DNA of 63,117 nt, filler included, from Folioceros fuciformis (taxonomy: Eukaryota): NCBI GenBank assembly GCA_049999805.1. It is 6 parts of 6 records of this genome, joined end to end, with 100 filler letters (N's around TTAATTAATTAA, not from the genome) between each part and the next. Parts side by side here need not be neighbours in the genome. Positions count along the whole stretch, not along the records: positions 17,212 to 40,246 come from JBNGIO010004421.1; 5 more parts are not named here. One strand, 5' to 3'. The notes under the pieces were generated by a model. That model was not told the DNA's origin and did not search any database. It saw nothing but the letters and a program-made list of their open reading frames with translations. The translations under genes were made by a program, and so were the position numbers. How positions within the stretch are numbered: position 1 is the stretch's first letter; each line of letters begins with the position of its first letter. This document shows, one piece after another, positions 24,736 to 34,365 of the stretch.

Positions 24736-27700
24736 TTGGGCTTCCAGGCATTGTCTGTCGTTAGCTCAACTCACCATCCGACAAGAGTTCAGTCAGCTCC
24801 CTGTGGGCTGTGGCCACAGTGCGGCAATCGAACCCAAGAGATTGGTGTGTGCGCAGGGATGCATGGAGGGGTTCCCGCTCATCACCTCGTCTTGGGGAAT
24901 CAATCCCTGGCAAGTGAATCATCCAGGCGCTCCAGTTTATGGCGGCCAGCACTTCCACTCCCGAGAAAATATGTGGGTGGGCACGGGTTTTCCAGCGATG
25001 GTCGTTGCAAGGAGCAAGAGCACTTGTGGCAACAATTTTTGGTGTATCCTACCGTGTGGTGGGACAACAGACGACACCAGGAGAGGTCCCGAATCTATTC
25101 GCCTCGCTTCCGGCGTAAGGGGTCTGGCGAGGTGTTGTGGTTGGAAAATGTCGTAAAGCCAGCTTGGGGTGATGAGCAGGTCGCTTCCTTGGATACGCAC
25201 ATGGGTTCCTATCCTTCCCCTTCTGAGACCAGCTCTCCGGATGTGCCTGGACCTGGGAGGCGTGCAGAATCTGAAATGGACTCCATGTATATCAGGGTGA
25301 ATAGCAAAGCACTTCCACTTCCCGGAACATGTGTGGGTGGGGACGGGTATTCCGACCATGGCCGTCGCCAGGAGCAGGAGCGTTTGTGGAAGCAATTTTT
25401 TCTGGACCCTTCCATGTGGTGGGACAACAGACGGGACAAGAAGAGCTCCCGTTCGCCTGACTTCCGGCGTAAGGGGTCCGGCGAGGTCCTGTGGTTAAAC
25501 AGCGTGTTTAAGCCAGCCTGGGTTGATGAGCATCTCGTTTCCTTGGATATGCAGATGGGTCAGGGCGCGTCTCCTTTCAATGCGAATTATCCGGATAAGC
25601 CTGGACTTGGCAGGCGTCAGGGATTGGGAATGGGCGTCGTCACGGCTGTAACCGTGACCACGTTGTGTCAGCAAGGGAAGCTCTCCGAGGCCGTTGGAGC
25701 CCTGGAATCTTTGGCGCAGACAGACTCCGCTATTTCTCAGTCTTTGCTTTGCGCTGTTCTGAAACTGTGTACAGCTAAGAAGAATTTGGTTGCGGGGCGA
25801 CGCGTTCATGAGCTGAGTGTTACTCTTGGGTACGAATCGGACGTATATTTGGGGAACCATATTTTGCGCATGTATGCACGTGGAGGTAGGCTAGAGGAGG
25901 CCATGGATGTGCTCACAAGGGTGCCCAAACCAAATGCTTTCATGTGGTCTTCCATAATCTCCGCATATGCTAAGCATGGGAAACCCACTGAGGCCGTACA
26001 ATTGTACAATGAGATGCGACGGTCAGGAGAGAAGGGGGATGAACACGTCTTTATAGCTGCCCTTCAAGCTTGTGCATTGGCTGCTGACTTGAAATCTGGC
26101 AGAAAACTGCACTGCGATGTATTGCACAGTGGCACTCCTCTTAACCTCTTTGTTGGCACCTGCCTAGTAGACATGTATGCTAAATGTGGCGAACTGAAAG
26201 ATGCACGCCAGGTTTTTGACAGCATGGCCGCAAAGGATGTGGTAACATGGAATGCCCTGGTTGCTGGATATGCAAAATGTGGTGAGCTGGAAGATGCACG
26301 CCAAGTGTTTGACAGCATGAATACGAGGGATGTGGTGACTTGGAATGCCCTGATAGCTGGGTATGCTGAGCAAGGCCTCGGACACGAGGCGCTTTTTCTT
26401 TATGAACAAATGGAGCAGGAGGGGTTGGTTCTGGCGGACCATGTGACTTTTGCTTGCCTTCTGAACACCTGTGCAAGCACTGGTGCCTTACAGAAAGGCA
26501 GGCAGCTGCACTCACAGATAGTCGAAAGAGGATTTTTGGAGAATGTCATGGTGTGCAACTGCTTGGTGGATATGTATGCCAAATGTGGTGAAGTGGAATA
26601 TGCACGCCGGGTTTTTGACGGCATGAACACAAAGGATGTGGTGACATGGACCACCCTGATTGCTGGGTATGCCGAGCAATCGCGCGGGCAAGAGGCGCTT
26701 GTTCTGTATGCGGAAATGGAGCAGGAGGGGCTGGTTTTGGCTAACTATGTCACTTTTGCTTGCCTTCTGAAGGCCTGTGCAAGCACTGGTGCCCTACAGA
26801 AGGGCAGGGAGCTGCACTCACAGATTATCAGACGAGGACTGCTGGATAACCTAGTGTTGGGCACAGGACTGGTGGACATGTATGCAAAATGTGGTGAACT
26901 GGAAGATGCACGCGAGGCGTTTGACAGCTTGGCCACAAAGGATGTGGTGACATGGACCGCCCTGATAGCTGGGTACTCACAGCAAGGACTCGGCCAAGAG
27001 GCCCTTGTTCTGTATGGACAAATGGAAGAGGCAGGCCTGATTTTGGCTAACCATGTGACCTTTGCTTGCCTGCTGAAAGCCTGTGCAAGCACCGGTGCCT
27101 TACAGAAGGGCAAACAACTGCACTCACAGATTGTTGAAAGAGGGCTGCTGGATAACGTAGTGGTGGGCACCAGCCTGGTGGACATGTATGTAAAATGTGG
27201 TGAACTGGAAGCAGCACGCCAGGTTTTTGACAGCATGAATGCAAAGAATGTTGTGACATGGACTGCCCTGATATCTGGGTATGGTACTTGTGATGAAGGT
27301 CTCAAGGCACTATCTTGTTTTGAGGAGATGTTAGATGCCGGTATTCAGCCTAATGAGTATACTTTTACTTGCCTTCTAGTAGCGTGCAGTCACGAGGGAT
27401 TGGTCCGTGAGGGTCGCAAGCACTTCGATTCCATGGCTGAACAGCATGGCATTAGACCGAGTATTGAGCATTACACCTGCATGATCGATCTTCTTGGGCG
27501 CGCAGGCCATTTAGATGAGGCTGAGAAAATGTTACTGTCATGCGAGGGCCAAAGTGACGTTGTGGGATTGATAACTTTGTTGAATGCCTGCAAGAGTCAC
27601 GGGGATATTGAAAAGGCGATGTGGTGTTTTGAAAGAATTGTTAGGCTGGACCCCCAGGATGCCCGCCCATATGTGCTCATGGCTAACGCTTATGCGGATG

Positions 27701-28164
27701 CAGGTAGGTGGACGGATGTAGATAGGATTGAAACACAAAGAATGGTAGCAGGGGCTAACAAGAAACTTGCAGTGGCGACCATTGAGGTGAATAAGCAGGT
27801 ACATCAATACGTTGTGGGAGATATGAGAGAGGATATTGTGCTTCAGGTAGAGAGTACGAATGCTCGTGTGAAGCAGGAAGGTGGCCACGTACCTCACACG
27901 AAGTTGGTGTTGAAGCCAGTGTGTGAGAAGGAAAAGGAAGACGTACTATGTGGACATGCTGAGAAGCTAGCCCTGGCATTTGGTCTCCTGAACACTCCGA
28001 GTGGGACACCTCTAGTGGTAACTAAGAATCTACGCATGTGCAGTGACTGCCACAGCTCGACGGCGATCATGTCAAGGCTTGAACAGAGAGACATTGTTGT
28101 CAGGGATGGGTACCGTGTGCATCGATTCGCAGCTGGTACTTGCAGTTGTAAGGGTCGATTGTAA
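24736..28164 (+). CDS. PLS-class PPR protein with E1/E2 and DYW:KP-type deaminase domain (ends GRL); two N-terminal PDF-like motifs; start uncertain (ORF opens at TTG 24736, first in-frame ATG 24859)
   Basis: Intronless ORF; P-L-S triplets, P2-L2-S2, E motifs, KKLAVATIEV, HAEKLA, KNLRMCSDCH, HRF..GTCSC. Confidence 0.93.
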   Translation: MGFQALSVVSSTHHPTRVQSAPCGLWPQCGNRTQEIGVCAGMHGGVPAHHLVLGNQSLASESSRRSSLWRPALPLPRKYVGGHGFSSDGRCKEQEHLWQQFLVYPTVWWDNRRHQERSRIYSPRFRRKGSGEVLWLENVVKPAWGDEQVASLDTHMGSYPSPSETSSPDVPGPGRRAESEMDSMYIRVNSKALPLPGTCVGGDGYSDHGRRQEQERLWKQFFLDPSMWWDNRRDKKSSRSPDFRRKGSGEVLWLNSVFKPAWVDEHLVSLDMQMGQGASPFNANYPDKPGLGRRQGLGMGVVTAVTVTTLCQQGKLSEAVGALESLAQTDSAISQSLLCAVLKLCTAKKNLVAGRRVHELSVTLGYESDVYLGNHILRMYARGGRLEEAMDVLTRVPKPNAFMWSSIISAYAKHGKPTEAVQLYNEMRRSGEKGDEHVFIAALQACALAADLKSGRKLHCDVLHSGTPLNLFVGTCLVDMYAKCGELKDARQVFDSMAAKDVVTWNALVAGYAKCGELEDARQVFDSMNTRDVVTWNALIAGYAEQGLGHEALFLYEQMEQEGLVLADHVTFACLLNTCASTGALQKGRQLHSQIVERGFLENVMVCNCLVDMYAKCGEVEYARRVFDGMNTKDVVTWTTLIAGYAEQSRGQEALVLYAEMEQEGLVLANYVTFACLLKACASTGALQKGRELHSQIIRRGLLDNLVLGTGLVDMYAKCGELEDAREAFDSLATKDVVTWTALIAGYSQQGLGQEALVLYGQMEEAGLILANHVTFACLLKACASTGALQKGKQLHSQIVERGLLDNVVVGTSLVDMYVKCGELEAARQVFDSMNAKNVVTWTALISGYGTCDEGLKALSCFEEMLDAGIQPNEYTFTCLLVACSHEGLVREGRKHFDSMAEQHGIRPSIEHYTCMIDLLGRAGHLDEAEKMLLSCEGQSDVVGLITLLNACKSHGDIEKAMWCFERIVRLDPQDARPYVLMANAYADAGRWTDVDRIETQRMVAGANKKLAVATIEVNKQVHQYVVGDMREDIVLQVESTNARVKQEGGHVPHTKLVLKPVCEKEKEDVLCGHAEKLALAFGLLNTPSGTPLVVTKNLRMCSDCHSSTAIMSRLEQRDIVVRDGYRVHRFAAGTCSCKGRL

Positions 28165-29869
28165 CAATAATGAAGCAGCCAGTGCTCAAGTGTGTGCCCC
28201 CACAAGAATACTGTCTTCGGAGTCAGTGTGCTTGCTTGTAGCAAGACAGCGTGGACTTGCAAGTTCGTGCAATTTGTGGGTGTGGAAGCAAAGCTTCTCA
28301 TCTACAGGATTCTGGGACCAGAGGTCCGATGTTGGTGCCGGTATCAGCATCTTCAACTTGGTTGTTTATGCTGTTCCTGGTTTGCCGAGGGAGTGGATCC
28401 TGAGCGCCCAGGGTGGTCCTGCTTGCCAGTAGCGTGGCGATGGATGCGCATGATGTCTCCAGACTTGGCAGGATCCCTACAACAACTCCTTGCAAATTTA
28501 CTAGTGTCGGGATAATTCTATGACGTATTCTGGTCAGGCAATGATGCGGGACAACATGAAAATTTGGACTGCTTAACAGCACAGGTTGGGTTTGAAACAG
28601 CTGACCCAAATAAGCCTTGACTGGTTCGTAGCTGACTGGTCACGTGAGGTACCTGAGATAGTGGCTCCTCAGTGAATGTCCATGGACCTGTGATCGCAAG
28701 GACTTGACATGAGGCCAAAGACAACCCTCCTTGACATGCTCCCGACAGGTTCTTTTCCCCCTCGTCGTAAAGACTAGCCTTAAAAGAAGGAAGGTTATAA
28801 CCTGAGCTCAGCACCAAAGAGCAGAAGGGGCAAGGAGTCTTCTCAAGGAGTCTCTGTCTGAAGATACTGAAAGACCTTAACTGTTGGGTGTGGATCAAGA
28901 AGTCAAAACAGCGAAACTAGGAGGAGCACTACTCCAAAGGCTCAAGAGCCCCGCCAAGCCCAACCAGAGAGGCCTCAAAATTAATTGAGCCACGTCTCTC
29001 CCCATACGAGGAGAGAACTGAAATTTTCCGTATCCCTGCTCTGTGGGGGAACTATGCTTGGACCGCTCAAAACGAGAGGCCGCTATGTAGTTGATGAACC
29101 ATTTGAAATTGGCCATGTATATTACTGTAAACAATAGGTGGCTACACCTTTCCTCCATCCTCCACCGGAGACTCTTGTATCCTTCCACTGAGACCCTTTT
29201 ATGGCTAGCTAGACCCAACCTGGAAGTCTGAAGAGAGTATGATCAAGGAAATAAGCAAAGCAAGCAAATAAGAAAAGGAATAAAGAGGATGCAGGAACAA
29301 GGATGAACATCAAGGATAAGTATGAGAGGCCATGTGTTATTCATGTTGGACATAAGTAACTACATAATTAAACAGTAATCGGTACTTTTCCTAAAGTAGA
29401 GGGAAATGAGCAGTTCATTTGGAGGCCAGGCGACGTCAGTTTTTCTTGCCTTCCACCATTGGATTGATTTGTACAGGCTCGCCAAGTTTCCTCTTCGTCT
29501 TCCACCATTCCAGATTCGCAATTGGCGTTCCATGACACAACCCAAGACCTGAGCTCAAGTAAATAGTAAACTGAGCAGCGTTAGATTTATCTCCCACTGA
29601 CTATCAAACAAGGTGCCCAACGACAAAGATATTTGCTTGTGCGGTTTGTACCGATGGATGTGTGATCTTTTGCACGGTTGCATTGAATGTCTTTAACAGT
29701 TACCTGCACGTTCCTTCAGCAGAATCATTTTCTTGTTAGGTGTCTTAGGATCCACTGTTATGTGATGGAGCCTAGCCTAACGCCGTTTGCTTTCTGTCAT
29801 GGTTGCGCTGATTTCTTTTGTCCCACTCTATCGCCCTTGAGCACTGGTTACTTCTCCGTTCTTATCTCA

Positions 29870-32776
29870 TCACGGTTGACCCTTACAACTGCAAAACCCA
29901 CCTGCGAATCGATGTACACGGTACCCATCCCTTACAACAATGTCTCTATGTTCAAGCTTTGACATGATCTCCGTGGAACTGTGGCAGTCACTGCACATGC
30001 GTAGGTTCTTCGTGACCACGAGAGGTGTCCCACTTGGAGTGTTCAAGAGACCATACGCCAGAGCTAGCTTCTCAGCATGCCCACAAAGCTCATCTTCCTT
30101 TTCACTCTCACACAGTGGCTTCAATACCAAATTCGTGTGAGGGACGTGGCCTCCTTCCTGCTTCAGAATTGCATTTGTGCTCTCGACCTTGAGTGCGATA
30201 TCCTCTCTTCGTTCTCCCACAAAAAATCTATGCACCTGCTTGTTCACCTCAATGGTTGCCACAGCAGGTTTCTTGTTAGCTCCTGCGACCACTCTCCGTG
30301 TTTCTATCCTCTCTACATCGCTCCATCTCCCTGCATCTGCGTAGGCATTGGCCATGAGCACATATCCCGAAGCGTGCTGAGGCTCCAGTCTAACAGCACT
30401 TTCAAAACAGCGAATCGCCCTCTCTAAATCCCCGTGATTTCTGCATGAATTCAGCAAGGATCTCAATCCCACAACATTACCTTGCTCCTCACACGATAGT
30501 AGCATGTTCTCTGCCTCATCTAAATGGCCTGCACGCCCAAGCAGATCGATCATGCAGTTGTAATGCTCAACGGCAGGTTTCAGGCCATGCTGTTTAGCCA
30601 TGGACCCAAAGAGCGTACGCCCCTCGTCCACCAGTTCCTCATGACTGCAGGCTACTAAAAGGCAGGTAAAAGTAGAGCCATCAGGTTGAATACCCGCTTC
30701 TAGCATCTCCTCAAAACAAGCTAATGCTCTGCGACCATCATCACAAGTACCATACCCAGATATTAGGGTATTCCATGTCACCACATCCCTTGTGTTCATG
30801 CTGTCGAAAATCCGGCGTGCATCTTCCAGCTCACCGCATTTTGCATACATATCTACCAGGCAGGTGCCTAGCAGTATGCTATGCAGTAGTCCTCGTTCCA
30901 CAATCTGTGAGTGAAGCTGACGACCCTTTTGTAAGGCACCAGTGCTTGCACAGGCCTTCAGAAGGCAACCAAAAGTAACATGGTCACCCAGAATCAGGCC
31001 CTCTTCCTCCATTTGGCCATACACAACAAGTGCTTCTTGGCCAAGCCCTTGCTCAGCATACCCAGCTATCAGTGTGGTCCACGTCACCACATTTTTTGTG
31101 TCCAAGCTGTCAAAAACCTGGCGTGCATCTTCCAGTTCCCCGCATTTCACATACATGTCTACCAGGCTGTTGCCCAACACTACGTTTTCCAGCAGTCCTC
31201 TTTCCACAATTTCTGAGTGCAGCTGTTTGCCCTTCTGTAAGGCACCAATACTTCCACAGGCCTTAAGAAGGCACGCAAAAGTAACATGGTTACCTACGAT
31301 CAGGCCCTCCTGCTCCATTTGTTCATATACCACAAGTGCCTCGTGGCCGAGCCCATGCTGGGCATAGCCAGCAATCAATGCCGTCCATGTGACCACGTTC
31401 TTTAAGACCAGACTGTCAAAAGCGTGGCGTGCATCTTTCAGTTCACCACATTTTGCATACATGTCCACAAGGCAAGTGCCCACTAGTACGTCATCCAGCA
31501 GTCCCTTTCTGACAATTTGTGAGTGCAGTTGCTTACCCTTCTGCAAGGCACCAGTATTTCCACAGGCCTTCAGGAGGCAAGCAAAAGTAACATGATCAGG
31601 CGAAACGCGGCCCTCTTGCTCCATTTGTCCATACAGAAGAAGCGCCTCCTGGCCAAGTCCTTGCTCTGTATATCCACATATCAGAGCATTCCATGTCACC
31701 ACATTCTTCGTGGCCATGCTGTCAAATACCTGGCGTGCATCTTTCAGTTCGCGACATTTTGCATACATGTCCACCAGGCAGTTGCCAACAAACACATTGG
31801 TAAGAATGCCACTGTGCAACACATCAAAGTGCACGTGTCTGCCAGAATCCAGGTCGCCTGCAAGTGCACAAGCTTGGAGGGTAGCCACAAAGACGTGACC
31901 ATTTGCCTTCACTCCTGACCTACGCATTTCATGGTACAACTGTATGGCCCGAATTGGTTTCCCATGTTTACCATGTGCAGAGATGATGGAACCCCACGTG
32001 ATAACATCTGGTTGGCCTACTCTGGTGAACACATCCATGGCCTCCTCTAGCCTACCTCCACATGCATACATGCGCAATATATGGTTCCCCACGTAGGCAT
32101 TCGACTCGTGCCCAAGTTTGACACAGAGATCGTGAACGCGTCGCCCCACAACTAAATCCTTCTTAGCGGTACACAGTTTCAGCACAGTGGCAAACAGGGA
32201 CTGAGAGATAACGGAGTCAGTCTGCACCAAAGATTCCAGTGCTCCAACGGCCTCAGAAAGCTTCCCCTCTTGACATAGCCTGCTCACAGTTCCACCTGTC
32301 ACAACGTCCGTTTCTGAGCCAGCACGCCTTCCAGCTTCAGGTTTTTCGAGAAAGCTCGATGAAGGAGAGGCATGACCCATCTGCATATCCAAGGAAACGA
32401 GCTCCTCATCAACCCAGGCAGGTTTGAACTTGTTGTTCAACCACAGGACCTCGCCGGACCCCTTACGCCGGAAGTCAGGTGAACGGGAGCTTTTCTTGTC
32501 TCGCCTGTTGTCCCACCACATGCCAGGGTCCAGGAAAAATTGCTGCCACAGCTTCTCCTGCTCCTGGCGACGACCATTGCTGACTAACCCGCCCCCATCC
32601 AAACATTCTCTCGGAAGTGGAAGTGCTGGACTCCTTACACTGCTGCACATGCAGTGTTGGTTGTTTGCCACAGATTGACTCCCTGAGATGAGGTGAGCGG
32701 GAGCTCTTCGTCCAACCCCGGTGCACCTACCCATTTGTTGGGTCCACAACGGGTCCGGTTGCCATACTGTGGCCAT
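29870..32776 (-). CDS. PLS-class PPR protein with DYW:KP-type domain (ends GQP); one N-terminal PDF-like motif
   Basis: 968-aa intronless ORF; KKPAVATIEV, HAEKLA, CSDCH, CSCKGQP. Confidence 0.95.
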   Translation of the reverse strand: MATVWQPDPLWTQQMGRCTGVGRRAPAHLISGSQSVANNQHCMCSSVRSPALPLPRECLDGGGLVSNGRRQEQEKLWQQFFLDPGMWWDNRRDKKSSRSPDFRRKGSGEVLWLNNKFKPAWVDEELVSLDMQMGHASPSSSFLEKPEAGRRAGSETDVVTGGTVSRLCQEGKLSEAVGALESLVQTDSVISQSLFATVLKLCTAKKDLVVGRRVHDLCVKLGHESNAYVGNHILRMYACGGRLEEAMDVFTRVGQPDVITWGSIISAHGKHGKPIRAIQLYHEMRRSGVKANGHVFVATLQACALAGDLDSGRHVHFDVLHSGILTNVFVGNCLVDMYAKCRELKDARQVFDSMATKNVVTWNALICGYTEQGLGQEALLLYGQMEQEGRVSPDHVTFACLLKACGNTGALQKGKQLHSQIVRKGLLDDVLVGTCLVDMYAKCGELKDARHAFDSLVLKNVVTWTALIAGYAQHGLGHEALVVYEQMEQEGLIVGNHVTFACLLKACGSIGALQKGKQLHSEIVERGLLENVVLGNSLVDMYVKCGELEDARQVFDSLDTKNVVTWTTLIAGYAEQGLGQEALVVYGQMEEEGLILGDHVTFGCLLKACASTGALQKGRQLHSQIVERGLLHSILLGTCLVDMYAKCGELEDARRIFDSMNTRDVVTWNTLISGYGTCDDGRRALACFEEMLEAGIQPDGSTFTCLLVACSHEELVDEGRTLFGSMAKQHGLKPAVEHYNCMIDLLGRAGHLDEAENMLLSCEEQGNVVGLRSLLNSCRNHGDLERAIRCFESAVRLEPQHASGYVLMANAYADAGRWSDVERIETRRVVAGANKKPAVATIEVNKQVHRFFVGERREDIALKVESTNAILKQEGGHVPHTNLVLKPLCESEKEDELCGHAEKLALAYGLLNTPSGTPLVVTKNLRMCSDCHSSTEIMSKLEHRDIVVRDGYRVHRFAGGFCSCKGQP

Positions 32777-34365
32777 CGATCAGGAACAACTGTCGGAAAC
32801 CTCGTTGTCTTAACAACAGACAATGGCAGGACACCCGGCTACAAACCGTGTGTGACCACATCATACGGGCTGACTCCGAAATGTTGGCATTGAATGCAAC
32901 TAGTACTTGAATGGGGCACATACAACGTGCGACATGCAACTTGCAACCGCTGTACACGAAAACATCTATGTGCAATTGAAATGATACCCAGGACACAAGG
33001 GTCTTCCGTGTGAATTTTTATCAAACGTCAGACAAACATCAGCCCAGTGACCAACAGCTTCGACGTATGCGAAGATGTGTGCGGCAAAACTTTTGAGAGC
33101 GTTCATGTCAAGCCTACGCTAGTTGAAATAATAGTGCGCGTTTTGCGGCGTGTACTTCAGTTCATGAGCTCAAAAAAGGACACGGTAAACTGACTCAGGT
33201 GGCCAAGCGCCTCGTTGAAGAAGTCCGGGGTGCAGGAGTATCGACAATTCTGGGAGAGGGGCACCAATTGATCAGATGTTCCTGAGTGTATATGGTGTGT
33301 ACAAGCCAGATGGTTGACAAATCGGAAATATTCACCTGCAATAGTAAGGAGGAGGATAAATCTGATCAAGGCGATTCCAATCATCAGTAATGATTCACAC
33401 ATCCACCTAATTTTTCTATACAGTTCATTGGTCAACAAGCTGCTATACAAAGCACGAACAAGCAGGAAACCCAGGTTACCGCAAAGTCTGCAGGCGAGAA
33501 TGGTCGATAGCAACCAGTCCAACTTGAGACCTAGGCCCTGGCTGTCACCAAGCCAATTTGTCCGACGACAGCAGTGGGGCAATTTGTCTCGCCGAATCAC
33601 AAGCAGTGAAGCCTGTATCTTATATGGAGGCTTGCACTGTCCTACGGAAGCTTTCTCCCGTTTCCGACTTCGGGGCCTGCTGAGAAGCGTATCGGCTTGC
33701 TCATCCAAACCTGGATTTGAAAGCCAATTTGTCGTGACATGGGAACCAGCTTCACTTTCACTTCAACCAAAATTGGCACAGCGCCATGTAGAAAATCATC
33801 TGCATGTACATTTCATTTCAGGATTGCATGACGAATGGCTGCATCAGATTAAACCTGAGATCAGGAGTTTTCAACTTTCAGGAGTCCACAAGTAAGTATC
33901 CACAGCCCTTTTCTTATGTCTACCCTTGGATAATCAACTGCAGCCAACTGCTCGGCATACTGTCAGGCACAAGCACTTGCACACCATCAGAAGGCAAGAA
34001 CAAGTATAGCCAACAGCAGCCATCAGGCCCTCCTGCTCCACTTTTTGAGACACAAATGACTCTTGTCCGAGCCCAAAATCTGCTTACCCATGTATGCATT
34101 CGATGGGCATGTTCCCCAGATATTCCAAGGCGGGAGCGTGTTGCCAGTTGTGGCCACGCAGTCAAATATCCGGCATCTTACCATTCGCTACATTTTGCCA
34201 ATGCCCACGAGTTTATCTTACACAAGACAAGGTCATCGCACTGGAGAATCAACAAAAAGCTGATCCCGCCACCCTGGTCAACACCGTAACACGTGTGCGA
34301 GAACTGGAGTACCTCGATTGTGGAAAGCCTTGCATTTGATCCGAAGGGTGAATACCTCATCCTGA

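Noticed and set aside
28518-29218. Possible LINE fragment between paralogs 1 and 2
   Set aside because: Only a weak GGLSLAS-like resemblance and no diagnostic RT motif.
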